A DNA stretch of 64,000 bases from an uncultured Candidatus Micrarchaeota archaeon (GCA_963760615.1 CAVXDX010000014.1:32001-96000), one strand, 5' to 3'; shown: positions 39,611 through 47,637, counted from the first letter of the stretch. A program made the numbers and translations. The notes: a model not told the origin generated them from the sequence alone.

Positions 39611-40328
39611 CGTCAAAAAATTTGTTGAAGATAACATCCAAGAATTCCATAAAGGTCGTTTAGCCTCTCTGGAAAAAACTAACCTCAAGGATTTGATAAA
39701 GAGAAAAAATCCGTATCTGTTCAAGGCAAAAAATATCGAGACCGCACAAGACCTTATAGAGTCTCTTTTAGATGCTAAACTCTCTTCTTCTGAGGAAGAA
39801 ATCATGGGAGCATTTTTGGAGGATTTGGCAATCTTCGTGGCAAGTAAGACTCTAAATGGACATAAATCTGCATTGCCGGGAGTTGATCTAGAATTTACTG
39901 GGGGTGGGGTGCATTATTTAGTCGGTATTAAATCCGGGGAGAATTGGGGCAATAGCAGCCAATGGAAAGCTTTGGAAAGTGATTTTAGACGCCACTCCAA
40001 ACGTTTTCGGAATGCAAAATGTTATCTCGGGATATCATACGGTAAAACAAAACCTACATTAAAAAGAGGTATAATACACCAGATTAGTGGCCAAACATTT
40101 TGGCATTTTGTAAGTGGGAAAAAGAACTTTTATAAGGAGATAATCGAACCGATAGGATACAAAGCGAAAGAACTTAATCATGAATTCAATCATAATAAAG
40201 CCAGATTGATAAATAGACTTACTCGTGAATTTTCAAATGATTTTTGCGATAAGGACGGAAGGATACTTTGGGATAACATAGTTGAATTTAATTCGGGTAA
40301 TATGACAAGAATGACTTTGCTGACTTAA
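39588..40328 (+). CDS. Type II restriction endonuclease (PmeII/EcoO109I-like)
   Basis: KRKNPYLF, SEEEIMGAFLE, GVDLEF..IKSG.NWGNS. Confidence 0.8.
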   Translation: MKQINLDDVKKFVEDNIQEFHKGRLASLEKTNLKDLIKRKNPYLFKAKNIETAQDLIESLLDAKLSSSEEEIMGAFLEDLAIFVASKTLNGHKSALPGVDLEFTGGGVHYLVGIKSGENWGNSSQWKALESDFRRHSKRFRNAKCYLGISYGKTKPTLKRGIIHQISGQTFWHFVSGKKNFYKEIIEPIGYKAKELNHEFNHNKARLINRLTREFSNDFCDKDGRILWDNIVEFNSGNMTRMTLLT

Positions 40329-40356
40329 TTAATTTATGCGCAAAGCCGAGAAATTT

Positions 40357-40566
40357 TTATTTGTTTAGACTCGTTTTCTTTATAAAAACCCTGAATCCTC
40401 TCCTTTCTATCTCAATCTTCTCTCTTGCCTGCATTTCTTGGATGAATTCCAAATATTTCTTCACCGTCCTCGGGTGCAGCTTGGAAGCTCGGCAAAGCTT
40501 GTTGAACGTGACCGGCTCATCCGAGAGAGCCGCCATGATCTTCTCCGCAATCTCGAGCTGCACCAT
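40357..40566 (-). CDS. Small winged-helix DNA-binding protein (regulator or directionality factor candidate)
   Basis: VTFNKLCRASKLHPRTVKKYL HTH, 69 aa. Confidence 0.7.
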   Translation of the reverse strand: MVQLEIAEKIMAALSDEPVTFNKLCRASKLHPRTVKKYLEFIQEMQAREKIEIERRGFRVFIKKTSLNK

Positions 40567-40636
40567 AAGGACACCATTAAACGGCCTGCTTAGTTAGGTG
40601 CGCCAAGGGATAATTGCCTTGCCGCAGACAGGCTCG

Positions 40637-40687
40637 TTCCTAGGAAATCAGTTGCGGAAGTCTTTCCTGGGAAGCGGTTCCGCGGAA
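40637..40687. repeat. Array of TTCC-NN-GGAA palindromes at about 14-bp period
   Basis: TTCCTAGGAA at 40637, half-site GCGGAA at 40654, TTCCTGGGAA at 40664, TTCCGCGGAA at 40678. Confidence 0.6.
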
Positions 40688-40962
40688 GTGGAGCGTGTCT
40701 TGCAGGCATGATACGAAACTGCCGAATTCGGCACAAAGGGATAAATCCACTCGGCACGCCACTCGAGGCATGACAGAAGAAGAGGTTGACAGCCAGCTGC
40801 CTAGGTGGTACGTGGAGCTGAAGAAGGCTTACAAGGAACGCTTGGAAGGGCAGAAGAAAGATGGGCTGGGAAAGTCGTAATTGAGGGAAAGGAGTATACG
40901 GTTTAAATCGGTTTTTTGCTTATAGCTACATCGCATTAGCAATAGCAAGAGGTGATGGTTTT

Positions 40963-41535
40963 ATGAAATGCCCTAATTGTGAGAAAGAAATAACAGATGA
41001 GAGAGCGAATTATTGCGGCCTATGCAGTTATTGGCTGAAAGAACCGCCATACAAGAGCTATTTGGAAAGATTACACGAAGAGGGCAAGCACGAAATAACT
41101 AAAGTTGTAATCCCACTGCTGCATGAGAAATATGATTTTTTTGAAAAGTTGAGGAAAGAACACCCCATGCAATACAAGCAGGTAAGGGAATCCAGGGATT
41201 TTTTTGAACTAGGGTTTTTGTTCGGGTTTTACGAGGGGATAGCCGACAGGATGAAAGAGGAAATCAAAGAAAAGGAGGATAAAGTGGGTACGAACCCGCC
41301 ACCAAAGAGAGATCATATCGAGGTACCAAGTAGCGGGAAAAGCGGTTTTGAGATTGTCAAGCTTTACAACTACCCTGAAAAGAACCATGCTATAATCCGG
41401 CTTAAAAAAGGCACCATAGAGAACCTGGGCTTGCCGTATGATGTGCAGTATAACAAACCAATGTTGGCAGAGGTCAGGAATGGCGTTTTGCTGCTTAAGG
41501 TTATCAAGGAGTTGATTCATGATGAGTTCGAGTAG
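40963..41535 (+). CDS. Hypothetical protein with N-terminal zinc ribbon
   Basis: CPNC..CGLC; GAGGTGA RBS. Confidence 0.65.
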   Translation: MKCPNCEKEITDERANYCGLCSYWLKEPPYKSYLERLHEEGKHEITKVVIPLLHEKYDFFEKLRKEHPMQYKQVRESRDFFELGFLFGFYEGIADRMKEEIKEKEDKVGTNPPPKRDHIEVPSSGKSGFEIVKLYNYPEKNHAIIRLKKGTIENLGLPYDVQYNKPMLAEVRNGVLLLKVIKELIHDEFE

Positions 41536-41680
41536 TAAGCAGGAAGTATATACCTTACATAGAGCAATATCGCACGACTATGCTTCGGATTAGTGTTTTA
41601 CAAGTTCTCAGTCTTTTTTATGCGTATTTCGGTCATTCCAAGCAAAAACAGATTTAAACAACTTCAAATAATATGTACAT

Positions 41681-42298
41681 ATGAAAAAAACGGATTTCAG
41701 AGAGACTAGGACGCAAGTCACGAAGAAACGACTTAGCAATGTTTATCAGCGGATTCAGGAGGCATTGGAGAGCAATTGTGAGAACCTCACTCTTGAACGA
41801 ATAGAAGAACTTAGAACACAATTTATAGAAGAGTATGCGGATCTTATTGACTACTCATTCGACCGTGCTCTCAGAAAAATACTGGGAAGTAAGACGTTGA
41901 TAGAGTTGGGATATGTAGAAGCAGAAACAAGAGATTCGGAAGGTGCTGACTACGAAGCATTAGCATTAAAATATGCAGGTCTTCCCCCGCATCCACTTTC
42001 CAATTTAACTCCCGGCATGAATCGTATAAATAGTCTGGAGCTGACTATAATAGAACTCAACGCGCCAGAATATTTTGAATTTGAAAAAGGACCCTACAAA
42101 TTCATCCGCGGCCGAGTTAAGGACTCTTCCGGGGACTTTCCCATATTATTTTGGGGTGACCAAGGTGATAGAATACACATCGGAGACAAAATAAAAATAA
42201 TAAACGCTTATGTCAAAAAATATGAAGACGACGAGCGAATACACATAAAAGGGGGACCATTTCTGGTTGTTGCAAAAAGAAGCCTTATTTTGCCATGA
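41681..42298 (+). CDS. Protein with C-terminal SSB-like OB fold
   Basis: VKDSSGDFPILFWGDQGDRIHIGDKIKIINAYVK resembles the host SSB at 9733. Confidence 0.7.
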   Translation: MKKTDFRETRTQVTKKRLSNVYQRIQEALESNCENLTLERIEELRTQFIEEYADLIDYSFDRALRKILGSKTLIELGYVEAETRDSEGADYEALALKYAGLPPHPLSNLTPGMNRINSLELTIIELNAPEYFEFEKGPYKFIRGRVKDSSGDFPILFWGDQGDRIHIGDKIKIINAYVKKYEDDERIHIKGGPFLVVAKRSLILP

Positions 42299-42299
42299 T

Positions 42300-43511
42300 C
42301 TAAACCGGAATCGCAACTCCGTTTTTGATAAGCTTCTCCACAACCATCTTCTTGAACTCGGGATCATTCATCAATTTATTCATTATCTCGTCAGCATTTT
42401 TCCTTTCCTCCTCAACCTGCGCCATCATTTGCGCGTTCATCGGAGTTCCGCAGCGCAGGCAGAACTTCGCCGCCGGGGAATTCTTCTCCCTGCAGCGGGG
42501 GCAGAAGCAGACCTTCAGCTCCTCCTCTTTTTTATCTTCGGGCTTCGCCATGCCCTGCAACGCCAGAAGCGCTTGGTCAACATCCCGGCCGGACAGATGA
42601 ACATAAACGGAAGCCATGTCGCTGTTCTGGGTCCAGCCGAAGTACTCCTTCATCTGAGCTTCCGTGAGCTTGGAGGCGAGGAATGTGGCCCTGGAATGGC
42701 GGAACAGGTGCGGGTAGATCTTCTTCTTGATTCCTGCCTTCTCTGCCAGGGTTTCGAGCACCTTGTAGACCGACCGGTGCATCGCGGCAAGGTTTGTCGC
42801 GTGGTTGTTGTTCGAGCGGGGTGGCCAGAGCACGGCTTCCGGGTCTTTCGCCCCTTCGTAATGCTCGAGCCACGATGCCAAGGCAGGTGCCGAGCTGATG
42901 ATCCTCACGCGCCTGTCGCCGGTCTTGCCTGTCACCCTCAAGGTCGCGCCGTACTGGTCGAAAGCGACGTTCTTCACCCTGAGGGAAAGCAGCTCGCCGA
43001 TGCGGCAGCCTGTCTCGTACAGGACAAGCACCATGGCCTTATCTCGGGGCGTCTTTGCAGCCTCCACCATCCTCAGGACTTCCTCCTCGGTCAAGAGGGA
43101 TTCGGGCAACTTGTGGCTGTGGTTCCTCACTCTCGGCCTGAGCCAGGAGACCTCGCGGGGCATCTGCTCATCATCCCCTTTGAGCCACTTGTAGAACATC
43201 TTCAAAATGACCTTGAAGTCGTACTTGGTGTTTTCCGCGTACTCCTTGCTTTCGATGCTGCCGACCAGCGCTATGATGTCTTCCTTGGTAGCCTGTTCGA
43301 AGGGCTTCCCGAGCCAGCCCGACAGCCTGCGGAGGCAGTAGATAAGCTTCACAACACGCACCTTGGTGAACCCCTTGGCCAGCCAGGTGTTGGCGAATTT
43401 GAGTATGAGCTGCCTGTTCTGGGGCAGCACTGCCTCGTCCTTATCCAGCCTGGCAAGGGCCGCATCCAGGTCCGTTGTGCTGCCGTATATCGAGCCTCCG
43501 CTGATTCTCAT
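42300..43511 (-). CDS. int: Tyrosine recombinase/integrase with C-terminal zinc ribbon
   Basis: GCRIGE, GKTG, HLFRHS, FGW, YVHL catalytic set; CPRC..CLRC. Confidence 0.95.
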   Translation of the reverse strand: MRISGGSIYGSTTDLDAALARLDKDEAVLPQNRQLILKFANTWLAKGFTKVRVVKLIYCLRRLSGWLGKPFEQATKEDIIALVGSIESKEYAENTKYDFKVILKMFYKWLKGDDEQMPREVSWLRPRVRNHSHKLPESLLTEEEVLRMVEAAKTPRDKAMVLVLYETGCRIGELLSLRVKNVAFDQYGATLRVTGKTGDRRVRIISSAPALASWLEHYEGAKDPEAVLWPPRSNNNHATNLAAMHRSVYKVLETLAEKAGIKKKIYPHLFRHSRATFLASKLTEAQMKEYFGWTQNSDMASVYVHLSGRDVDQALLALQGMAKPEDKKEEELKVCFCPRCREKNSPAAKFCLRCGTPMNAQMMAQVEEERKNADEIMNKLMNDPEFKKMVVEKLIKNGVAIPV

Positions 43512-43559
43512 GGTAATGCCTCTGGGAACAGGTCTATATTTTGCTTGGTGCAGGATTCC

Positions 43560-43576
43560 GCACTTTCGTGTCTATA
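43560..43576 (-). promoter_or_regulatory. Motif TATAGACAC-N4-GTGC upstream of the integrase
   Basis: Ends 49 bp before the int ATG; the copy at 29377 ends 48 bp before its ATG. Confidence 0.5.
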
Positions 43577-43601
43577 TGCCCTTTTCCACCTTGAGCTTAA
43601 T

Positions 43602-43711
43602 CCTCTGGTTGCGGTCGGAGCACTGAGCCATAGGCTCAGGTTGCCACCCGCCCAAGCGATTTTGCCTTGTTCCTGAGGGTGGTTCTGAGTGGCAAGGTTT
43701 AAATAGACTGC
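43602..43711 (+). repeat. att site 2: class A left arm, core (43612-43622) and conserved right arm
   Basis: CCTCTGGTTG-CGGTCGGAGCA-CTGAGCCATAGGCTCA...CTTGTTCC..GGTTCTGAGTGGCAA.GTTTAAATAGACTGC. Confidence 0.92.
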
Positions 43712-43765
43712 TACGACTCTTCGTACGTTATTGGAAAGCGCTTGATTTAACAACCAGGGGATATG

Positions 43766-43783
43766 TCATTTCCGCGGAAATGA
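43766..43783. promoter_or_regulatory. 18-bp perfect palindrome TCATTTCCGCGGAAATGA
   Basis: Same family as the sites at 29355 and 38657. Confidence 0.55.
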
Positions 43784-43809
43784 GGTGACCACACTCGTGG
43801 ATTTTGTAG

Positions 43810-44751
43810 TCACCTTTTCTTGAGCATCTGTTTGAGCGCACGGTATTCTTTCAACATCAGTTCAATAGTTGGCCGAAGGTTGTGGTTTTTCTCGTAAGCC
43901 TGCAGTGCTGCGTAGTACTGCTGTCGGTTCTTGAGTTCGATATTAATTGGCGGCATCTTGTGCTGTATAAGGATGTTGTTCAGCAGGAGCCTTCCAACCC
44001 TCCCATTTCCATCCTGGAATGGGTGAATATTCTCAAATTGATTATGGACTACTGCAGCTAAAACTAGTGGCGAATAGCGGTTTTTGTTTTTATCATACCA
44101 TCTGACAAGCTCCAGAAGCAGGACTCGGACACGTGTTGAAGGCGCTCCCCGGTGGACTATTCCTCCGCGTCCGTCCGTTACCACAACTTCCACTCCATTC
44201 TCCCTTAACTTGCCGGCAAAAGGCTTTGAGTTTTCAAAAACAATCCGATGCAGCTCAAGAATGAGCGGCAGCGAGAGATGATCACCGGTTTTCCTTATGA
44301 ATTCGATGGCCTTTGCTACCCCGTAAGTTTCCGAGATGTCTTCTTTTGATTTGTCCGGCCATTTATTCTTTTCGAGTATCTCCGCAACTTCTTTTGGATC
44401 TATGGTGGAGCCTTCAATTGCGTTGGTGCTGAATGTGAAAGCTTCCGTGAACTTTACCCAGTCTTCATCGGAAAGGTGTGCTATTTTTATGTGCGCCTTT
44501 GCCTCCAGGGTCCTTAATTCCTCAAGCTCTTCGGATGATAAAACAGTCTCAAATGGATCGGAAATTTGCCTGCTTGCATCCACCCGTGCGCTAAGTTTTT
44601 TCTTTGCATCCTCTATACGCCGTTGCAACTCACTCTCGCTGAGGTTAGACCCCAGGTATACCCTAAGCTTTCTGACCTTTCCAGCCTTTCTGATGGAGTG
44701 GGCAAGATAGTACTTTTTTATGCCCTTTCCTTCACGGATCTCTAAGTGCAT
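43810..44751 (-). CDS. fic: Fic domain protein (class II, self-inhibited)
   Basis: HPFQDGNGRVGR catalytic motif; TNAIEG inhibitory motif. Confidence 0.93.
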   Translation of the reverse strand: MHLEIREGKGIKKYYLAHSIRKAGKVRKLRVYLGSNLSESELQRRIEDAKKKLSARVDASRQISDPFETVLSSEELEELRTLEAKAHIKIAHLSDEDWVKFTEAFTFSTNAIEGSTIDPKEVAEILEKNKWPDKSKEDISETYGVAKAIEFIRKTGDHLSLPLILELHRIVFENSKPFAGKLRENGVEVVVTDGRGGIVHRGAPSTRVRVLLLELVRWYDKNKNRYSPLVLAAVVHNQFENIHPFQDGNGRVGRLLLNNILIQHKMPPINIELKNRQQYYAALQAYEKNHNLRPTIELMLKEYRALKQMLKKR

Positions 44752-44880
44752 AATGTTATTGGGTGACTACTATTTATAAATATTTGCATTAAAGGTGACT
44801 ACTAGTTGGTAAAGCTCCTCGCTAGTCTGTGAAGAATTAGGGTCCACACGGGTTTTAGGGGGCACATATTCCTGCATATG

Positions 44881-44917
44881 GCAACCTGAGCCCTTGCCTC
44901 TGGTTGCGGTCGGAGCA
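44881..44917 (+). repeat. att site 3: class A arm plus core
   Basis: 37 bp identical to 48887-48923. Confidence 0.92.
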
Positions 44918-45078
44918 CTGCCGGAGATCGGAACTGGAAATAATGCCTAGTTTCAAGCCAAAAAGAGGGAAGTGGGCGGAAGGGGTTGCTCCGGAAAATG
45001 GTCTGCTCTGCCGGAAACTCTGTGTTTTGTTGCATTTCTGGAGCATGTTTAAATATTGGAAAATGCATAAACTAATCC

Positions 45079-45984
45079 ATGGTCTTTAGAGAGAAGGAAT
45101 CCAGAGAACTTCCTGCTTTCGATAAGATTCAGATAAAGGGTACTCTCTCGGAAAGATTCAAGGATCATTTTGAGGATCATCCATTAAAAATTCTTGACAC
45201 CAACTTCTATAGGAATAAGTTCGCCTTAGAATGGTTTGACAAGATAGTCCACGATCTTAAGAAGACTCAGAGCAACATAACCATAAATGAGATAGGTCTT
45301 GGCATAGAAGACAAGATAGGAAAATATGAAATAAAATTTCGCCTTGGAGAAATGAGATTAAAGCTGAAGGAAATGCTGGCACCGAAGAAAACAACCTATG
45401 AGACTTTCGAACTGTTGAATATTCTGAGAAATGCAGGCATAAAACCAGAACAGTTCAGTCTCTATGCAATGGATATAAGGGAGGATGTGCTGCTTGCAGT
45501 GAAGTCAACAAAGGTGCTGAAGGTGGTTACTTCCAAGCTGCTTGCTGACATGCCAACCGATGTCCTGGAGAATGAAAGCGCTAAGAGACTTACGATTGAG
45601 GAGAATGAATACGCTAAGAAATTCTTCCCTGATCTACAAGGCAAGAGTAGGAACAGTAAAGAGCCCTCGCTCGCTAGGGTACTGGAAGTGCGGATACCAC
45701 GGAATTATGCCAATAGGGTTGTGTGTCCTGAACCGCTTGACATCACGAAAACTCCTGCTCCAGTGAAGGCGGACATAACCTTTTCCTACATATTTTCCTG
45801 CCCGGAGAGGGAAGAGCGCTTTTCCAATCTTGCAAAAAGCACAAAGCCAGGTGGATACATTATAACTGAACTTAGTGAGGAGATTAGCCCTGCTTTCTTG
45901 GAGAAAATTGGCGTAGAAAAAGTATTTAGTAACCCTGGTCATATAATGGAGGGGTGCGTCTACAGGGTCAAGCCAACAGCATAA
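45079..45984 (+). CDS. Divergent CheR-like SAM-methyltransferase-fold protein
   Basis: TNFYRN, EIGLG, YAMDIREDVL, KFFP, ADITFSYI, TKPGGYI; paralog of 48083. Confidence 0.55.
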   Translation: MVFREKESRELPAFDKIQIKGTLSERFKDHFEDHPLKILDTNFYRNKFALEWFDKIVHDLKKTQSNITINEIGLGIEDKIGKYEIKFRLGEMRLKLKEMLAPKKTTYETFELLNILRNAGIKPEQFSLYAMDIREDVLLAVKSTKVLKVVTSKLLADMPTDVLENESAKRLTIEENEYAKKFFPDLQGKSRNSKEPSLARVLEVRIPRNYANRVVCPEPLDITKTPAPVKADITFSYIFSCPEREERFSNLAKSTKPGGYIITELSEEISPAFLEKIGVEKVFSNPGHIMEGCVYRVKPTA

Positions 45985-46023
45985 TTGTTCTCAGATGTGA
46001 CTTTTCTGGGCAATCCTAAGTGA

Positions 46024-46063
46024 GGGGATTTAAGAACTCGTAGACATAAGCTCGGTCGGAGCA
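46024..46063 (+). repeat. att site 4: class B arm plus core
   Basis: 36/40 identical to 47830-47869. Confidence 0.88.
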
Positions 46064-46129
46064 ATTTACTTTTATCTGAGTACTCTCCCTTAGCTCAACA
46101 GAAGAACATGCGTCCCTTAGTGACGTTTT

Positions 46130-46603
46130 TCAGGGGAACACAGTCAAATCCCCAAGACGATTTTTCAGCTCCCCCTGGCAGTATTCAATGCCGTAGATCA
46201 GAGATGTAACCCACCTTTGGTCAAACTTTCCCCTTTCATACATGCAGGTCATGTTCTTTCCCTGAAGCAGGTTCTTCATCTCCTGGCTTTCATTGGCGTT
46301 CAAGCTTACAAGCGTCTTTGTAAAGATGCAGGATTCAGAGGACGAGTAGCTGAAAGTCCCGACCTCGTCAGTAACGGTTAGATTTATATTCTCGCAATTA
46401 TTTGCCGCTGCGATGAAGCATGTTTCGTCCCCGCAGGTCGCATTTGTTGAAGGTGCAATCGTTAAGTTTTGTGTATTGTTTGTGGAAACATTCTGGGCAG
46501 GAGGGAAAAGTCCACAACAGCCTGCCAAGAAAAGAAAAATTCCTGCCGTCAGCAAATATGCAACTCGCATTTCTATGATTTTTTGTTTTATCATAATTCT
46601 CAC
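46130..46603 (-). CDS. Putative lipoprotein/exported Cys-rich protein
   Basis: Hydrophobic stretch ending LAGC; paired cysteines; GTGA overlap with upstream gene. Confidence 0.65.
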   Translation of the reverse strand: MRIMIKQKIIEMRVAYLLTAGIFLFLAGCCGLFPPAQNVSTNNTQNLTIAPSTNATCGDETCFIAAANNCENINLTVTDEVGTFSYSSSESCIFTKTLVSLNANESQEMKNLLQGKNMTCMYERGKFDQRWVTSLIYGIEYCQGELKNRLGDLTVFP

Positions 46604-47637
46604 TTAACAGCTACGGCATTCACGACATCCTTGTTAAGACCTAGTGTTAAAAAAAGCTTTTCACTCCAGGTGCTTGTGTCGGAGGATTCTTTCTGGACAT
46701 CCATGTCATATAAGCCTCCTTGCCAGTTACCCTTTTCACTGCTCATTTTTCTCATCAACAAGCTGTTATCCGGTTTTGGGAATTTTGAGAAGCCCAACTC
46801 CTTGGCGAGGTTCTTTTCCATCGCTTCCTTCATGCTCTCGGTTACCGCTCCGCTGTTTAATGCCCTGTCCATATACTCATAGTATTCATGGGGCAGTCCT
46901 TGGGTTTTCTTCAGCTCGGCCATGTCCACGTTTGCCTCGAAGTTGTTTGGATCTGCTTTAAGTATTGCGTTGTATTTTGCCTCGATAGACGGTTCTAAAT
47001 TGTCTATCTGGTCCTGCTTTTGTTTGAGTTCAGCAGCGGTTTGGGGGGTGTTTAAAAGAAGATTCTGAGCCCTTAAAAAAGGGATTTGGTTGCGTAGATC
47101 GAAATCATTGTTCAAATCGTCGCGTGCGCTTGAAATTTGCTCCTCAGTTGTCAGTTCCGGCGGCTTGCTTGGAGGAATTACGACAGTTGGAGCCGGGCAA
47201 CCATTTACAATTCTTCCGCTGAATGTAGTGGAACCACTGCACGAACCTTCTGAATCGCTATACTGCCAGGTGTAACTCCCAGTAAATGTCAAACAATCTG
47301 AGCTAAAGGTCACGTCATAAGGTGATAGTACTGAAGTTCCATAGCCATCGGGAACCGACCTGCCGGGTATATGAAGGACGTTGCCGTCAACTATTCCGCT
47401 AGTCACCCCATGACCGATATCCCCCATCTGAGCATGTTTTAGATTGAACTGTATCGTAATGGTAGGATGAGTAACTATAACCCCGCTTTGGCAATCACGT
47501 TCATCATCGCTAACATCTACACGCCATTGGGTGGTGCCGGTATATTGATCCCAACTCCAAGGAGGCAGCGAGACCTCGGCTCTAACCAAGTGTATTAGAA
47601 GCAGTGCTGAAATAAGCAGTACAGCAATTCTGGGCAT
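46600..47637 (-). CDS. Secreted protein: beta-rich N-domain, Pro linker, TPR-like C-domain
   Basis: Signal peptide (VRA-EV); YNAILKADPNNFEANVDMAEL. Confidence 0.65.
   Translation of the reverse strand: MPRIAVLLISALLLIHLVRAEVSLPPWSWDQYTGTTQWRVDVSDDERDCQSGVIVTHPTITIQFNLKHAQMGDIGHGVTSGIVDGNVLHIPGRSVPDGYGTSVLSPYDVTFSSDCLTFTGSYTWQYSDSEGSCSGSTTFSGRIVNGCPAPTVVIPPSKPPELTTEEQISSARDDLNNDFDLRNQIPFLRAQNLLLNTPQTAAELKQKQDQIDNLEPSIEAKYNAILKADPNNFEANVDMAELKKTQGLPHEYYEYMDRALNSGAVTESMKEAMEKNLAKELGFSKFPKPDNSLLMRKMSSEKGNWQGGLYDMDVQKESSDTSTWSEKLFLTLGLNKDVVNAVAVK

Larger units (their letters stand above)
23312..43622. mobile_element. 20.3 kb integrative (probably conjugative) element inserted in the 3' end of tRNA-Glu
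   Basis: Bounded by direct repeat CGGTCGGAGCA; tyrosine integrase at the distal end; pilin, VirB6, PrgI and VirB4-like genes, Cdc6 and R-M cargo. Confidence 0.9.
43623..44917. mobile_element. Cassette A (1295 bp), integrase-less, carrying a Fic gene
   Basis: Lies between att cores; 14-bp inverted repeats at 43633-43646 and 44879-44892. Confidence 0.8.
44918..46063. mobile_element. Cassette B (1146 bp), single CheR-like gene
   Basis: Between cores at 44907 and 46053. Confidence 0.75.

Noticed and set aside
40695-40880. 61-aa ORF (possible 36-aa MTEEEVDSQLPRWY... peptide)
   Set aside because: No RBS or family recognised; plausible but unsupported, so not listed as a feature.
43612-43638. Additional tRNA genes at the downstream repeats
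   Set aside because: Only the final 11 bp match tRNA-Glu; there is no T-loop, anticodon or D arm.
42267-43676. 469-aa plus-strand ORF over the integrase
   Set aside because: Antisense shadow of a GC-rich gene; it crosses the att site and has no recognisable motif.
44881-44907. Classical integron attC site (AAC...GTT inverted core)
   Set aside because: The hairpin is only 27 bp, does not fit RYYYAAC/GTTRRRY, and the shared crossover core is tRNA-derived; the integrase shows no evident IntI-specific insertion. Kept as an analogy only.
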